This document shows positions 36,630 through 46,641 of a stretch of 64,000 nt of DNA, in pieces (position 1 is the first letter of the stretch; each line of letters starts with the position of its first letter). This DNA comes from Dehalococcoidia bacterium. GTDB taxonomy: Bacteria; Chloroflexota; Dehalococcoidia; GIF9; AB-539-J10. The DNA lies in contig PULQ01000060.1 in NCBI GenBank assembly GCA_003552465.1, forward strand, positions 108-64,107, written 5' to 3'. Made by a program: the position numbers and the translations under genes. Under the pieces are notes generated by a model. It was given only the letters and a program-made list of their open reading frames with translations, was not told the origin of the DNA and made no database searches.

Positions 36630-37629
36630 CGTTGAAGTGTTGCCATCCCCCTCTGTCACAGGAGACGACGTCTCCCTTGCTGTCCACTACGGTCACCCGT
36701 GCCGGCAGATCCTCATCAGTTATCTCGCCGATCACGGTCACCGGGCAGTCCAGGGCTCGCTTTACCCTCGCCAGTGTCTCCTGATCCGCGGTGAACAGAA
36801 GCTCGTAGTCCTCGCCTCCGCAGAGAGCCAGTTCGAGGTGGTTGGGAAAGTTGGCCATCAGTGCGCGGTGAATCGGCACCCGGTCCATTCTGACCGTGGC
36901 GTTCACTCCGCTCATCTCGCATATGTGGTCGAGGTCGGCAACGAGGCCATCGCTGATGTCTATTGCGGTCTTAACTCCCCGTTCGACCAGGATCTGTCCC
37001 TCTCTGATCCTCGCAACCGGTTGGAGGTGTGCCCGGCGCAGGGTTGACGCGGTCTCGTCATCCAGTACGGTCTTGCGTCTGAGCATCTCCAGTCCGGCAG
37101 CCGAGAGCCCGGTGTATCCCGTGATGGCTATCTGTTCTCCGGGATGAGCCGTCGATCTCTTCAGCGTCGTTCTACCATTGGATCGGCCCATTACCGCCGC
37201 CGTGATAACCACAATCGGGGCAGCTGCGATGTTGCCTCCGACTATGGCCACTCCACATTGGCGGGCGAGCTTCGCCATGGCTTTGCAGAAAGCGGATACG
37301 TCATCTAGCTCCAGTTCACCGGGGATCGCCAGAGATACCAGGGCATACTCCGGAACTCCGCCCATAGCGGCTATGTCGCTGAGATTCACTGCCAGGGTCT
37401 TCCATCCCAGTTCCTCCCAGCTGACGATGCTCAGGCTGAAGTGCACGTCCTGTACCAGGGTATCAGTGGTAGCCAGTTGAATGGTGCCGTTGCTCAGCCA
37501 GGCGGCCGCATCATCACCAGTGTCCACCACCACCTTCTGCCAGGGGTGCTGACCGAGGTCCCTGTATCCGGCGATGATGGTTCTTATGTGTTCAATCAAG
37601 CCGAATTCCCCTATCTCAGATACTCTCAT
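36544..37629 (-). CDS. thiL: Thiamine-monophosphate kinase
   Basis: GEFGLI, GDDAA, NLSDIAAMGG, DISDGL, GGEDYELLF, GWQHF. Confidence 0.95.
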   Translation of the reverse strand: MRVSEIGEFGLIEHIRTIIAGYRDLGQHPWQKVVVDTGDDAAAWLSNGTIQLATTDTLVQDVHFSLSIVSWEELGWKTLAVNLSDIAAMGGVPEYALVSLAIPGELELDDVSAFCKAMAKLARQCGVAIVGGNIAAAPIVVITAAVMGRSNGRTTLKRSTAHPGEQIAITGYTGLSAAGLEMLRRKTVLDDETASTLRRAHLQPVARIREGQILVERGVKTAIDISDGLVADLDHICEMSGVNATVRMDRVPIHRALMANFPNHLELALCGGEDYELLFTADQETLARVKRALDCPVTVIGEITDEDLPARVTVVDSKGDVVSCDRGGWQHFNDEISESRIRQPGTDSTAGKLSGTTGAQR

Positions 37630-37783
37630 CGAAGGCATTATAGCATCGGGTCTATGTGCCGTTCTAGCGTGGAGTTGGTGCCTGTGATGATATGGTGTTG
37701 TGGTACACGGGCCGGCTGCGCCGGACCGCGGGAAGAACTAGCCGTGTTGCCATTTTTTTGCGCTGTGATATAATGACAGGGTT

Positions 37784-38071
37784 ATGCGCGATTACGAGCT
37801 GGTAGCTATAGTGAACCCCGAGCTTGACGAAGACGGGGTATCTCAGATCGTTGATAAGGTGACCGAGTCGATAAGTGGCCGCGGTGGTGAAGTGGAGGAG
37901 GTCAAGAGATGGGGGAGAAAGAGGCTCGCATACCCTATAGAGAAGTTCATGGAGGCCGAGTACTTCCACACTCGCTTCAAGCTCAATCCCAGACCGGTGA
38001 AGGAACTGGAAGCAGAGATGAGCGGCTCCGGGGACATCTTGCGGTATCTTGTGGTGAAGCTGAACGATTGA
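37784..38071 (+). CDS. rpsF: 30S ribosomal protein S6
   Basis: MRDYEL, WGRKRLAYPI, ILRYL. Confidence 0.96.
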   Translation: MRDYELVAIVNPELDEDGVSQIVDKVTESISGRGGEVEEVKRWGRKRLAYPIEKFMEAEYFHTRFKLNPRPVKELEAEMSGSGDILRYLVVKLND

Positions 38072-38072
38072 T

Positions 38073-38462
38073 ATGGCAAGCCTGAACAAGATCATCCTGG
38101 TCGGCAACGTAGGTAGTGACCCGGAAATGAGGTACACGCCGAACGGGAAGGCTGTCAAGTCCTTCAGCGTGGCCACCAACCGCCGCTACAATACCGCCTC
38201 GGGGGAGACCAGGGAGGAGACCGACTGGTTCAGGATCAATGCCTGGGGTAAGCAGGCCGAGCAGTGCAATCAGTTTCTGACAAAGGGGAGGCAGGTCTAT
38301 GTGGAGGGCAGGCTGCATGCCAGGACATGGGAGGGGCAGGATGGGCAGACTCGCACGAGCCTTGAGGTCACTTCAGACAGGGTCCTTTTCCTCGGCAAGC
38401 GAACTGCAGGCGCGCCTTCGGAAGAAGGTGAACTGGAGCCCGAGGACTTACCCTTTGATTAG
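38073..38462 (+). CDS. ssb: Single-stranded DNA-binding protein
   Basis: NKIILVGN, DPEMRYT, VEGRL, acidic tail DLPF. Confidence 0.96.
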   Translation: MASLNKIILVGNVGSDPEMRYTPNGKAVKSFSVATNRRYNTASGETREETDWFRINAWGKQAEQCNQFLTKGRQVYVEGRLHARTWEGQDGQTRTSLEVTSDRVLFLGKRTAGAPSEEGELEPEDLPFD

Positions 38463-38479
38463 AATGGAGGAGAGAAGAG

Positions 38480-38767
38480 TTGTCTGAAACCAGAAGACCA
38501 AGAAGGAGGGGTTTCTCACCCCGGCCAGCGATATGTCCCTTTTGCAAGAGCGGTCTGAGGATTGACTACAAGGATGCTCCGATGCTAGCTCGCTATATCA
38601 CCAACCAGGGCAAGATCGTGTCGAGAAGGAGGAGCAGAACCTGTGCCAAACATCAGAGGGCCCTGTCACACGCAATCAAGCGAGCCCGCTACCTTGCGAT
38701 GCTGCCTTATGCACCGACTCATATCTGGAAGACAGGAGGCGTGGGCCTATCACGGTCGGCGGCCTGA
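38480..38767 (+). CDS. rpsR: 30S ribosomal protein S18 (Zn-binding form)
   Basis: CPFC, IDYKD, GKI, CAKHQR, AIKRAR. Confidence 0.95.
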   Translation: MSETRRPRRRGFSPRPAICPFCKSGLRIDYKDAPMLARYITNQGKIVSRRRSRTCAKHQRALSHAIKRARYLAMLPYAPTHIWKTGGVGLSRSAA

Positions 38768-38770
38768 CCA

Positions 38771-38911
38771 ATGCCCAAGCGTACTTATCAACCTAAGAGG
38801 ATTCCCCGCAAGCGCAGCCTGGGGTTCCGCGCTCGGATGGCCACCAAGGGTGGAAGAAGAGTGCTCAGGGCAAGGCGCCTTAAGGGGAGGTACAAGCTCA
38901 CTCCAGTCTAG
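38771..38911 (+). CDS. rpmH: 50S ribosomal protein L34 (not in the ORF track)
   Basis: [46 protein letters not shown]. Confidence 0.96.
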   Translation: MPKRTYQPKRIPRKRSLGFRARMATKGGRRVLRARRLKGRYKLTPV

Positions 38912-38924
38912 CTCCATTCCGTGT

Positions 38925-39263
38925 ATGAAGGAGCCTAGAGCCTTAAGCACCAGGGCACAGTACACACTAGTCTACCGACAGGGTAGAACGTTGGTGAACA
39001 GCTTGGTCGTGATGAAGGCGGCGCCCAATGGTCTGCTCCTTAGCCGGTACGGATTCTCTGTGAGCAGGAAAGTGGGCAAGGCGGTGCTGCGAAATCGCCT
39101 GAAGCGCTTGTTGAGGGAGATATTGAGAGAGAAATCGCTGAAGCCAGGGTGGGATATCGTCTTCATCGTGCGGCCTCAGGCGGCCGGTGCCGACTACCAC
39201 CAGCTGAACCGGTCCGTTATAGGGCTGCTGACGAGGGCGAACCTACTCGAATGCAGTAGATGA
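38925..39263 (+). CDS. rnpA: Ribonuclease P protein component
   Basis: [21 protein letters not shown] (RNR motif). Confidence 0.94.
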   Translation: MKEPRALSTRAQYTLVYRQGRTLVNSLVVMKAAPNGLLLSRYGFSVSRKVGKAVLRNRLKRLLREILREKSLKPGWDIVFIVRPQAAGADYHQLNRSVIGLLTRANLLECSR

Positions 39264-39469
39264 GAAGAATGGCTCTGGGTCTGATAAGACTGTACCAGAA
39301 CACCCTGTCCAGGGTGTTGCCCAGCGTATGTCGTTTCAGGCCCACATGTTCTCAGTATGCTATTGAGGCGATACAGAAGCACGGGGTTCTGAGAGGCACA
39401 CATCTGGCTGCCAGGAGGATAGTTCGCTGCAATCCCTTTACCGAGGGTGGCTATGACCCCGTGCCATAG
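39260..39469 (+). CDS. yidD: Membrane protein insertion efficiency factor
   Basis: [21 protein letters not shown]. Confidence 0.95.
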   Translation: MRRMALGLIRLYQNTLSRVLPSVCRFRPTCSQYAIEAIQKHGVLRGTHLAARRIVRCNPFTEGGYDPVP

Positions 39470-39481
39470 CAGGATAGTCGA

Positions 39482-40645
39482 ATGAAGCAGGCAAGAGTGT
39501 TTCTCCTTGTTCTCACGATTCTGATCACCTCCGTTCTGGTCTCCTGTGCTCCGGGGCGGGGACAGGCGGCAGGTGGATGGTCGGGAACCGCGTTTCACGA
39601 CGGCATCATCTACTCGGGCACTCAAGACGGCAGGATTGTTGCCGTCAACGCGACAACTAGAGATCTTGTCTGGTCTCGTCCGATGATTACTGAGGCCGCT
39701 GGCGGACTGGGATGCGGGCCGGCGGTTGTTGCCGCTGCCATATACACCACACCCGTTGCTACCGACGGTCTTGTGTATGTTGGCACATACACTGCTCAGG
39801 GCGGCAGGATGTATGCACTGGGCATGACAGATGGTGAGATCATCTGGGAGTATCCGAGAGGCGGAGCATACATGGGGGCCATAGTGGGTGACCCCGTCAT
39901 ATCTGATGATACGCTATATGTCGGTAGCTCAGATGGAAAAGTACATGCCCTTGCTCTGTCAACCTTTACTCGTAGATGGGAGTCTGAACGACTGGCCGAT
40001 AAACTCTGGACAAGCCCCGTTGTTGTCGGCGATACGCTCTATGTCACCACCTTTGACGGCGTCATCTATGCATTGTCCGCCGAGACGGGAGCAACGCTCG
40101 ACAGGGTCTTTGAACTGGAGGCAGGTTTCGCCACCTCACCTGTTGTTCATGGCAGAATCATCTATGCGGGCTCGTTTGACGGCCATCTCTATGCTATCGA
40201 CATAGATAGCGCCGAGACGGTGTGGCGGTTTCCTCAGGGGGGAGCGGCCGGTGGATGGTTCTGGGCAGATCCGCTGGTTCATGAGGGAGTGGTGTATGCG
40301 GGCTCTCTTGACGGGAGGCTCTATCTTATCGACGCAGAGACGGGTGATAGGGTTGGAGATTTCGATGCCGGAAGCCCATTCGTGTCGTCACCTGTTATCA
40401 TGGATGATGTGTTGATAGTTGCCGACCAGTCGGGCGATGTCTATGGGTTCGAGCTGAGTTCTGCGTTGCAGGATAGAGCAGTGGAGACGGTGATTGCCAG
40501 ACTTGGTGCAGAGGTGGAGAGTCCGTTCTGCGCTAGCGAAGGCTTCGCCTATATTCGAGCGGATAACACGTTGTATGTGGTGGATATTCAGGCGAGAAGA
40601 ATAGACTGGCAATCGTCGCTGAACGCCAGAGAAGAGCAAGGATAG
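39482..40645 (+). CDS. PQQ-like beta-propeller (BamB-like) lipoprotein
   Basis: Lipobox LVSC; repeated blades SPVV...YxGxxDGxLYAxDxxTGxxxW. Confidence 0.88.
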   Translation: MKQARVFLLVLTILITSVLVSCAPGRGQAAGGWSGTAFHDGIIYSGTQDGRIVAVNATTRDLVWSRPMITEAAGGLGCGPAVVAAAIYTTPVATDGLVYVGTYTAQGGRMYALGMTDGEIIWEYPRGGAYMGAIVGDPVISDDTLYVGSSDGKVHALALSTFTRRWESERLADKLWTSPVVVGDTLYVTTFDGVIYALSAETGATLDRVFELEAGFATSPVVHGRIIYAGSFDGHLYAIDIDSAETVWRFPQGGAAGGWFWADPLVHEGVVYAGSLDGRLYLIDAETGDRVGDFDAGSPFVSSPVIMDDVLIVADQSGDVYGFELSSALQDRAVETVIARLGAEVESPFCASEGFAYIRADNTLYVVDIQARRIDWQSSLNAREEQG

Positions 40646-40654
40646 CGTTTACGC

Positions 40655-41422
40655 ATGGAAGTCTGGTATCTGATTATCCTGAACCCGATTCTCAATGTGC
40701 TTATTGCGTTAACGCACTTTCTGGGGGGCCAGTTCGGGCTGGCGATCATCGCGCTTACCATCATTGTTCGTCTTGCCTCCTGGCCTCTTAACAAGCGGCA
40801 GTTGAAGTCAACCAAGGCAATGCAGGATCTTCAGCCGAAGATTCAGGAACTGCAGAAGAAATACAGCAAGAATCAGCAGAAGCTTCAACAGGAGATGATG
40901 AAGCTCTACAAGGAAGCGGGGGTGAACCCCCTTGGCTGCCTGTGGCCGATGCTGATCCAGTTTCCCATCTGGATTGCCCTCTACCAGTCGATCATGAGAG
41001 CGCTGGCCACCACGCCTGAGAACCTGCTTGCCCTGCATCGCCATCTCTATTCATGGGAGGTAGTGAGGAACGCGGTTCCATTGGGCAGTGAGTTCCTCGG
41101 GCTTGAGCTGGGACTCACTGGCTCGCAGAACGGCCCGCTTGGAATTCTGCTGGCCATTATCGTTGGAGGCACGATGTGGGTACAGCAGAAGATGACACAG
41201 GCGCCGTCCGCTGACCCGAGGCAGCAGTCCACCGCCAGGATGATGACGGTCATGATGCCGTTGATGTTCGGCATGCTGCCCCTGATGTTCCCCAGCGGCC
41301 TCGCCCTGTTCTGGGCTGTCTCCAACATAATCGGTATCGTGACTCAGTATTTTGTCACGGGTGGCTGGGGTTACCTCAAAGTCAGTTCGCCGTTTCAGTC
41401 TCCCGCTCCAAAGGGGAAGTGA
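40655..41422 (+). CDS. yidC: Membrane protein insertase YidC (short form)
   Basis: GLAIIALTIIVR, LQPKIQELQ, NPLGCLWPMLIQFPI, PSGLALFW. Confidence 0.95.
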   Translation: MEVWYLIILNPILNVLIALTHFLGGQFGLAIIALTIIVRLASWPLNKRQLKSTKAMQDLQPKIQELQKKYSKNQQKLQQEMMKLYKEAGVNPLGCLWPMLIQFPIWIALYQSIMRALATTPENLLALHRHLYSWEVVRNAVPLGSEFLGLELGLTGSQNGPLGILLAIIVGGTMWVQQKMTQAPSADPRQQSTARMMTVMMPLMFGMLPLMFPSGLALFWAVSNIIGIVTQYFVTGGWGYLKVSSPFQSPAPKGK

Positions 41423-41468
41423 ATCGGAGTCGTGGGTAGGGGGCAGATCGGTGAAGAAGGATAGTGCA

Positions 41469-42125
41469 ATGGATGATATCGAGATAGTTGCTCCGACTGT
41501 GGAGGAAGCCATACAGAAGGCTGAGGCGCAGCTTGGGTTGCCCCGGGACCAGTTGGAGGTGCAGGTCGTCAGTGAGGAGAGGGCCGGGATTCTTGGAATG
41601 GGTAGCAGGCAGGCAGTGATCAGGGTTTTTCCGCTGGCTGCAACTGCCGGTACCGTGTCTCAGCCTGCCGAGGAGGAAGTGGTCGAGGTCGCAGAAGAAG
41701 TCATTGTCACCCTGCTCCGTCTTCTGGGTGTCGAGGGTAATGTCGAGGTGGTGTCTTCTGAGATACCCATTGCCTTTGACGTGACAGGTGAAGATCTGGG
41801 AGTCCTTATTGGACGCAGGGGGCAGACGCTGGCTTCTCTGGAATACGTCACCAAGCTTATAGTAACCAGGCGATTGCAGGCCTGGGTGCCGCTGAGCGTT
41901 GACGTTGCCGGCTATAAGAAGCGCCGTTATGATTCCCTTCAAAGGCTGGCACTGTATCTGGCAGAGCAGGTGATATCAAGGCAGCGTGCCATAACCATGG
42001 AGCCCATGCCCGCCGATGAGCGACGTATCGTCCACCTGACTCTGGCCGACAATCCTGATGTCACGACCAGTAGTATCGGTGAAGGTGACGATAGGAAGGT
42101 CGTGGTTCTACTGAGGCAGAGCTAA
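41469..42125 (+). CDS. jag: Jag/KhpB RNA-binding protein
   Basis: TVEEAI (Jag_N), IGRRGQTL (KH), ERRIVH (R3H). Confidence 0.94.
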   Translation: MDDIEIVAPTVEEAIQKAEAQLGLPRDQLEVQVVSEERAGILGMGSRQAVIRVFPLAATAGTVSQPAEEEVVEVAEEVIVTLLRLLGVEGNVEVVSSEIPIAFDVTGEDLGVLIGRRGQTLASLEYVTKLIVTRRLQAWVPLSVDVAGYKKRRYDSLQRLALYLAEQVISRQRAITMEPMPADERRIVHLTLADNPDVTTSSIGEGDDRKVVVLLRQS

Positions 42126-42127
42126 CC

Positions 42128-45100
42128 ATGTTCCGTCAGGTAGACTCCAGGGTCAACGTCCCGCAGCTCGAAGAGAGCGTCCTCCGATTCTGGAAAGAGC
42201 AGCGCATCTTCCATAAGAGCGTAGAAGCACGAAGAGGAGGACCGCATTTCGCGTTCTATGAGGGGCCCCCATCGGCCAATGGCAGCCCCGGTGTTCATCA
42301 TGTGCTGGCCCGTCTGTACAAAGACGTCGTCTGCCGGTACCGTACGATGAGGGGTTATCACGTTCCCAGAAAGGGCGGTTGGGATACTCATGGACTGCCA
42401 GTCGAGTTAGAGGTGGAGAACGCTTTGGGTGTGACCAGCAAGACCCAAATCGAGGAATACGGAGTGGCACGGTTCAACGAACAGTGCCGCCGCACCGCTC
42501 TTAAGTACATCGGGGAATGGGAGGCTGTGACCGAGCGTCTTGGCTACTGGTTAGATATGGAGAATCCCTATGTAACCATGGACGACAGCTACATCGAGTC
42601 GTGCTGGTGGATTGTCAAGCAGCTATGGGAAAAGGGTCTGGTCTATCAAGGCTATAAGGTGACGCCACACTGCCCCAGATGTGGAACCTCTTTGAGTTCT
42701 CACGAGGTCGCTCAAGGGTATGAGGATGTCGAAGATCCCTCGGTGTACGTCAAGTTCAGGCTGGAACCTACCACGCTGGTGAAGAGAGCGGAGTTCTACT
42801 GCCTGGGCGGTCCGTCTGCCCCGCCGGCCAAACCGGTGTTCCTCCTGGCCTGGACGACGACGCCGTGGACCCTTCCCGGCAACACGGCGTTGGCAGTTGC
42901 TCCTGACGCTGAGTATGTCGTGCTGGAGGGCGCACAGGACTTCCTGGTGCTGGCTGCGGCTCTGGTGGATGTGATCGGGTTTGAAGGTTACTCACAGGTA
43001 GCGCTTGTTCCCGGAACGGCTCTTGCCGGCCTGCAGTATGAGCCCCTGTTCAACCCTCACGGTTTTGGCGTGCAGCGTCTTGATCTGCCTACACTGCGCG
43101 CTGAGGAGGCAACAGACGACCTGACCTATCCGGTGATCGCAGCCGCCTTTGTCTCGCTTGACGAAGGTACAGGTGTAGTGCATGTTGCGCCCGCCTTCGG
43201 AGAGGTTGACTTTGATGCCGGGATAAGTAGCGGACTCGATTTCGTACAGCCTGTAGATCTGGAGGGCAAAGTGACAGGCACCTATCCATTTGCCGGGAGG
43301 TTCGTCAAGGATGCTGACCTGCCGGTGCTTGAGGACCTGGAGCATCGCGGCCTGGTGTACAGGAGCAGTAAGATCATGCATACCTATCCCTTCTGCTGGA
43401 GGTGCGAGACCCCACTGCTCTACTATGCCAAACCCGCATGGTACATCAGGACTACGGCGGTCAAGGAAGAGCTTGTCTCGGGGAACTCTGAGATAAGCTG
43501 GTATCCCGGTTACATCAAGTACGGCCGCTTCGGTGACTGGCTCGAGAACAACGTTGACTGGGCATTTTCACGAGAAAGATACTGGGGGACTCCCCTGAAT
43601 GTCTGGCGGTGTTCTACGTGTGGCGAATGCGAGTGTGTCGAGAGCGTGGATAGCCTGAGAAGTAAACCCCGGGTCAGTGGCTTGACCGCCCCCCTGGACC
43701 TGCACAGGCCGTGGGTCGATGAGGTAACCTTTGATTGTCCTGGATGCAGTGGTGTCATGAAACGCGTTCCTGAAGTTGTTGACTGCTGGTTTGACTCCGG
43801 GGCTATGCCGCTTGCGCAGTGGCACTATCCCTTTGAGAATCAGGACGAGTTCAAGCGGGCTTTCCCCGCTGACTTCATATGTGAGGCTGTGGATCAGACC
43901 AGGGGCTGGTTCTACAGCCTTCACGCGATATCTACTCTGCTTTTCAACCGCCCCTGTTACAGAAATGTGATCTGCCTGGGGCATGTTGTTGATGCCCGTG
44001 GTGAGAAGATGAGCAAGTCGAAGGGAAACGTTGTCTCACCCAGGGCCGTACTCGGCAAGTACGGCGCGGATGCCCTTAGGTGGTACATGCTCGTATCCAC
44101 CGCAGGCGAGGACACCCATCGTTTCTCCACGAAGATACTGGAGGAGACGACGCGGAAGCTCCTTCTCACGCTGTGGAACACATATTCGTTCTTCACTCTG
44201 TATGCCAACATAGACTTCAGCGGCAAGGCTGCTCAGGCACGTGAGTACCTGCTCAGTCCGCATCTGTCACAAGGCAGTGTGACCGAACTCGACAGATGGA
44301 TCATCTCAGAACTGAACCGGCTCGTCAGCGATGTGTCAAAATCGATGGACTCCTATAATCCGACAGCTGCAACGCGCAGGATTGAAGGCTTCGTGGACGT
44401 TCTTTCCAACTGGTATGTGAGGAGGAACCGCCGGCGTTTCTGGAAGAGTGAGAACGACGCCGATAAGAGGGCTGCATACGCCACGTTGTATGAGTGCCTG
44501 ATCACTCTGTCGAGACTGTTGTCTCCCTTTGCGCCCTTCATGGCGGAGGAAATCTACCAGAACCTCGCCCGGTCGGTGGACCCTGACAGCAGAGAGAGCG
44601 TTCATCTTACAGACTTTCCCATAGCTGATGAGTCCAGGATCGACGAAGGGCTTAACAGCGATGTTACTCTGGCAATGAAGGCATCCAGCCTGGGAAGGGC
44701 GGCGCGGGCGAAGGTGGGCATCAAGGTGCGTCAGCCGCTGCAGGAGGCTATCGTCAGAGTTGAGACTGAGAGTGAGAAGAGGGCTCTCCAGCGCCTGGGA
44801 GAGGAAGTAGTGGAGGAGATAAACGTTAAGAGGCTGGTGGTTGTCAGTGCAGCAGACAAACGAGGCGCGTTGGAGGCACACCAGGACATGCCGGACCATA
44901 GCGTGGCGAACGATGCCAGGTACTGGGTGGCTGTATGCACCCGGCTGACTCCTGAACTGCTTGCGGAGGGAGTGAGCAGGGAGCTTGTACGTCACATTCA
45001 GAACATGAGGCGTAGCGCCGGGTTTGATGTCACAGACGAGATCGTCACCTACTACCAGACCGACGAACCGTCGCTGAGGCAGGTGATAGACGATTTCGCC

Positions 45101-45238
45101 GGGTTTATCAAACAGGAGACGCTGTCTCACGGGCTTATCGATGCTCTGCCACCCGATGGAGCTTACTCTGAGAAGCATCTTGTCTCGGGCAGCCAGATAT
45201 CTCTGGCGATCAGGCAGATGAACGCGGACCCTTGCTAG
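42128..45238 (+). CDS. ileS: Isoleucine--tRNA ligase (type 2)
   Basis: EGPPSANG, GWDTHGLP, WTTTPWT, SRERYWG, KMSKS; type-2 style C-terminus. Confidence 0.97.
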   Translation: MFRQVDSRVNVPQLEESVLRFWKEQRIFHKSVEARRGGPHFAFYEGPPSANGSPGVHHVLARLYKDVVCRYRTMRGYHVPRKGGWDTHGLPVELEVENALGVTSKTQIEEYGVARFNEQCRRTALKYIGEWEAVTERLGYWLDMENPYVTMDDSYIESCWWIVKQLWEKGLVYQGYKVTPHCPRCGTSLSSHEVAQGYEDVEDPSVYVKFRLEPTTLVKRAEFYCLGGPSAPPAKPVFLLAWTTTPWTLPGNTALAVAPDAEYVVLEGAQDFLVLAAALVDVIGFEGYSQVALVPGTALAGLQYEPLFNPHGFGVQRLDLPTLRAEEATDDLTYPVIAAAFVSLDEGTGVVHVAPAFGEVDFDAGISSGLDFVQPVDLEGKVTGTYPFAGRFVKDADLPVLEDLEHRGLVYRSSKIMHTYPFCWRCETPLLYYAKPAWYIRTTAVKEELVSGNSEISWYPGYIKYGRFGDWLENNVDWAFSRERYWGTPLNVWRCSTCGECECVESVDSLRSKPRVSGLTAPLDLHRPWVDEVTFDCPGCSGVMKRVPEVVDCWFDSGAMPLAQWHYPFENQDEFKRAFPADFICEAVDQTRGWFYSLHAISTLLFNRPCYRNVICLGHVVDARGEKMSKSKGNVVSPRAVLGKYGADALRWYMLVSTAGEDTHRFSTKILEETTRKLLLTLWNTYSFFTLYANIDFSGKAAQAREYLLSPHLSQGSVTELDRWIISELNRLVSDVSKSMDSYNPTAATRRIEGFVDVLSNWYVRRNRRRFWKSENDADKRAAYATLYECLITLSRLLSPFAPFMAEEIYQNLARSVDPDSRESVHLTDFPIADESRIDEGLNSDVTLAMKASSLGRAARAKVGIKVRQPLQEAIVRVETESEKRALQRLGEEVVEEINVKRLVVVSAADKRGALEAHQDMPDHSVANDARYWVAVCTRLTPELLAEGVSRELVRHIQNMRRSAGFDVTDEIVTYYQTDEPSLRQVIDDFAGFIKQETLSHGLIDALPPDGAYSEKHLVSGSQISLAIRQMNADPC

Positions 45239-45419
45239 CGTGCAACCGGAGGGTGGTATCCATATCTCACGCGTCGATCATGGAACCGGACGCGATGACA
45301 GGAGTCGAGCGCCGCCGCGCCGCAATCAATGATCTGCCGTGGCTGCTATCGTGGCGAAAGCGCCGGCTGCCCGGACGGGTAATCATCGAGGTGACATTCG
45401 TGAGGCCTGTAGCCTCCAG

Positions 45420-46514
45420 CTAGGGGCTCGGGCGCTCTATCAGCAGTGCTGAGGTTGTCCCGGTTTCCTCTCCCCTGACAAAGACGATCTCTATCTCTTC
45501 ACCGATCTCGCTCCTGCGGATCGCTCTGACGAGGTCTCCTACGTTGCCTATGTCGTCGCCTCCGAAGCCGATGATGATGTCGTCCTCTCTCAGCCCCGCT
45601 GCGTCTGCAGGACTATCGGTCACCAGTTCCACAATCAGCGCTCCACTGTCCACGGCGAGATCCATTGCCGCAGCCAAGGAAGGATCGACGGTGTACAGGC
45701 CCACTCCCAGCCAGGGATACGTCATATGCCCGTAACGAATCAGGTTCGGGATTATGATCCTTGCCTCGTCGCTACTGATTGCGAAACCCATGCCTTCCAC
45801 TCCGCGGGCAACTATCTTGATGCTGGTGATGCCTATCACCTCGCCGGCCATGTTAACCAGCGGGCCGCCGCTGTTGCCGGGTACGATGGGCGCCGTGGTC
45901 TGAATCAGGTCGTAAAGGACATTGCCCTCCACGTTAACCGACACGTTCAGCCGGCTGACGATTCCTTCGGTAACGCTCAGTCCTTCTCCCAGGGCGTTGC
46001 CGATCGCTATCACCCACTCACCAAGATCCAGAGAACTGGATTCTCCCCAATCAGCGTAGGGTAGGTCTTGGGCATCTACCCTGATCACTGCCAGGTCGGA
46101 TAGCGGGTCGGCTCCTACCATATCCGCCGTGAACACCATCCCGTCATCAGTCTCCACGAAGATGCTCTGGGAGCCCTCGACCACATGGTAGTTAGTGACG
46201 ACATATCCACTTTCATCGATGATTATCCCGGATCCGGCTCCGTATTCGGTGCGCGGGCCGAAGAAACCCGACAGGACTCTTTCTGTCGTTACCGAAACTA
46301 CTGAGGGCATTGCCCTGGCGATCACAGGACGGAAATCGGGTAGTGGCGTAGCTGGTTCGCTCTCTGCGGGGAAGGTCCAGTCTGGATCGATGTGTCGGAC
46401 GGGGGCATCATGATGAGGCGGGCTGTCTACAGGAGCAGTGGATATAAAGCAGGCGCCGATGCTAAGCGCCAGCGCAAGAGGCACTAGAACTGCCAGGATG
46501 AATCTTCTGGACAT
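45420..46514 (-). CDS. htrA: HtrA/DegP-family serine protease with one PDZ domain
   Basis: TNYHVV, DLAVI, GNSGGPL; C-terminal PDZ; signal peptide with possible lipobox. Confidence 0.92.
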   Translation of the reverse strand: MSRRFILAVLVPLALALSIGACFISTAPVDSPPHHDAPVRHIDPDWTFPAESEPATPLPDFRPVIARAMPSVVSVTTERVLSGFFGPRTEYGAGSGIIIDESGYVVTNYHVVEGSQSIFVETDDGMVFTADMVGADPLSDLAVIRVDAQDLPYADWGESSSLDLGEWVIAIGNALGEGLSVTEGIVSRLNVSVNVEGNVLYDLIQTTAPIVPGNSGGPLVNMAGEVIGITSIKIVARGVEGMGFAISSDEARIIIPNLIRYGHMTYPWLGVGLYTVDPSLAAAMDLAVDSGALIVELVTDSPADAAGLREDDIIIGFGGDDIGNVGDLVRAIRRSEIGEEIEIVFVRGEETGTTSALLIERPSP

Positions 46515-46641
46515 TTTCCACCAGCCTCCATTATAGCATTGAAGCTGTGTTGAAGAGAAACGGCGTGCCAGCCAGAGACGGGCAAGTCACGGGACGAATG
46601 GACGCCACCGGACCACAGGGTCGGCTTGCAGAGCGTCGGGT

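Noticed and set aside
38643..38924. 206-aa extended RnpA in the ORF track (and similar extensions of aroC, mgtE, jag, HNH, rnfD)
   Set aside because: The extensions overlap rpsR/rpmH or other genes and regulatory leaders; downstream starts fit family lengths
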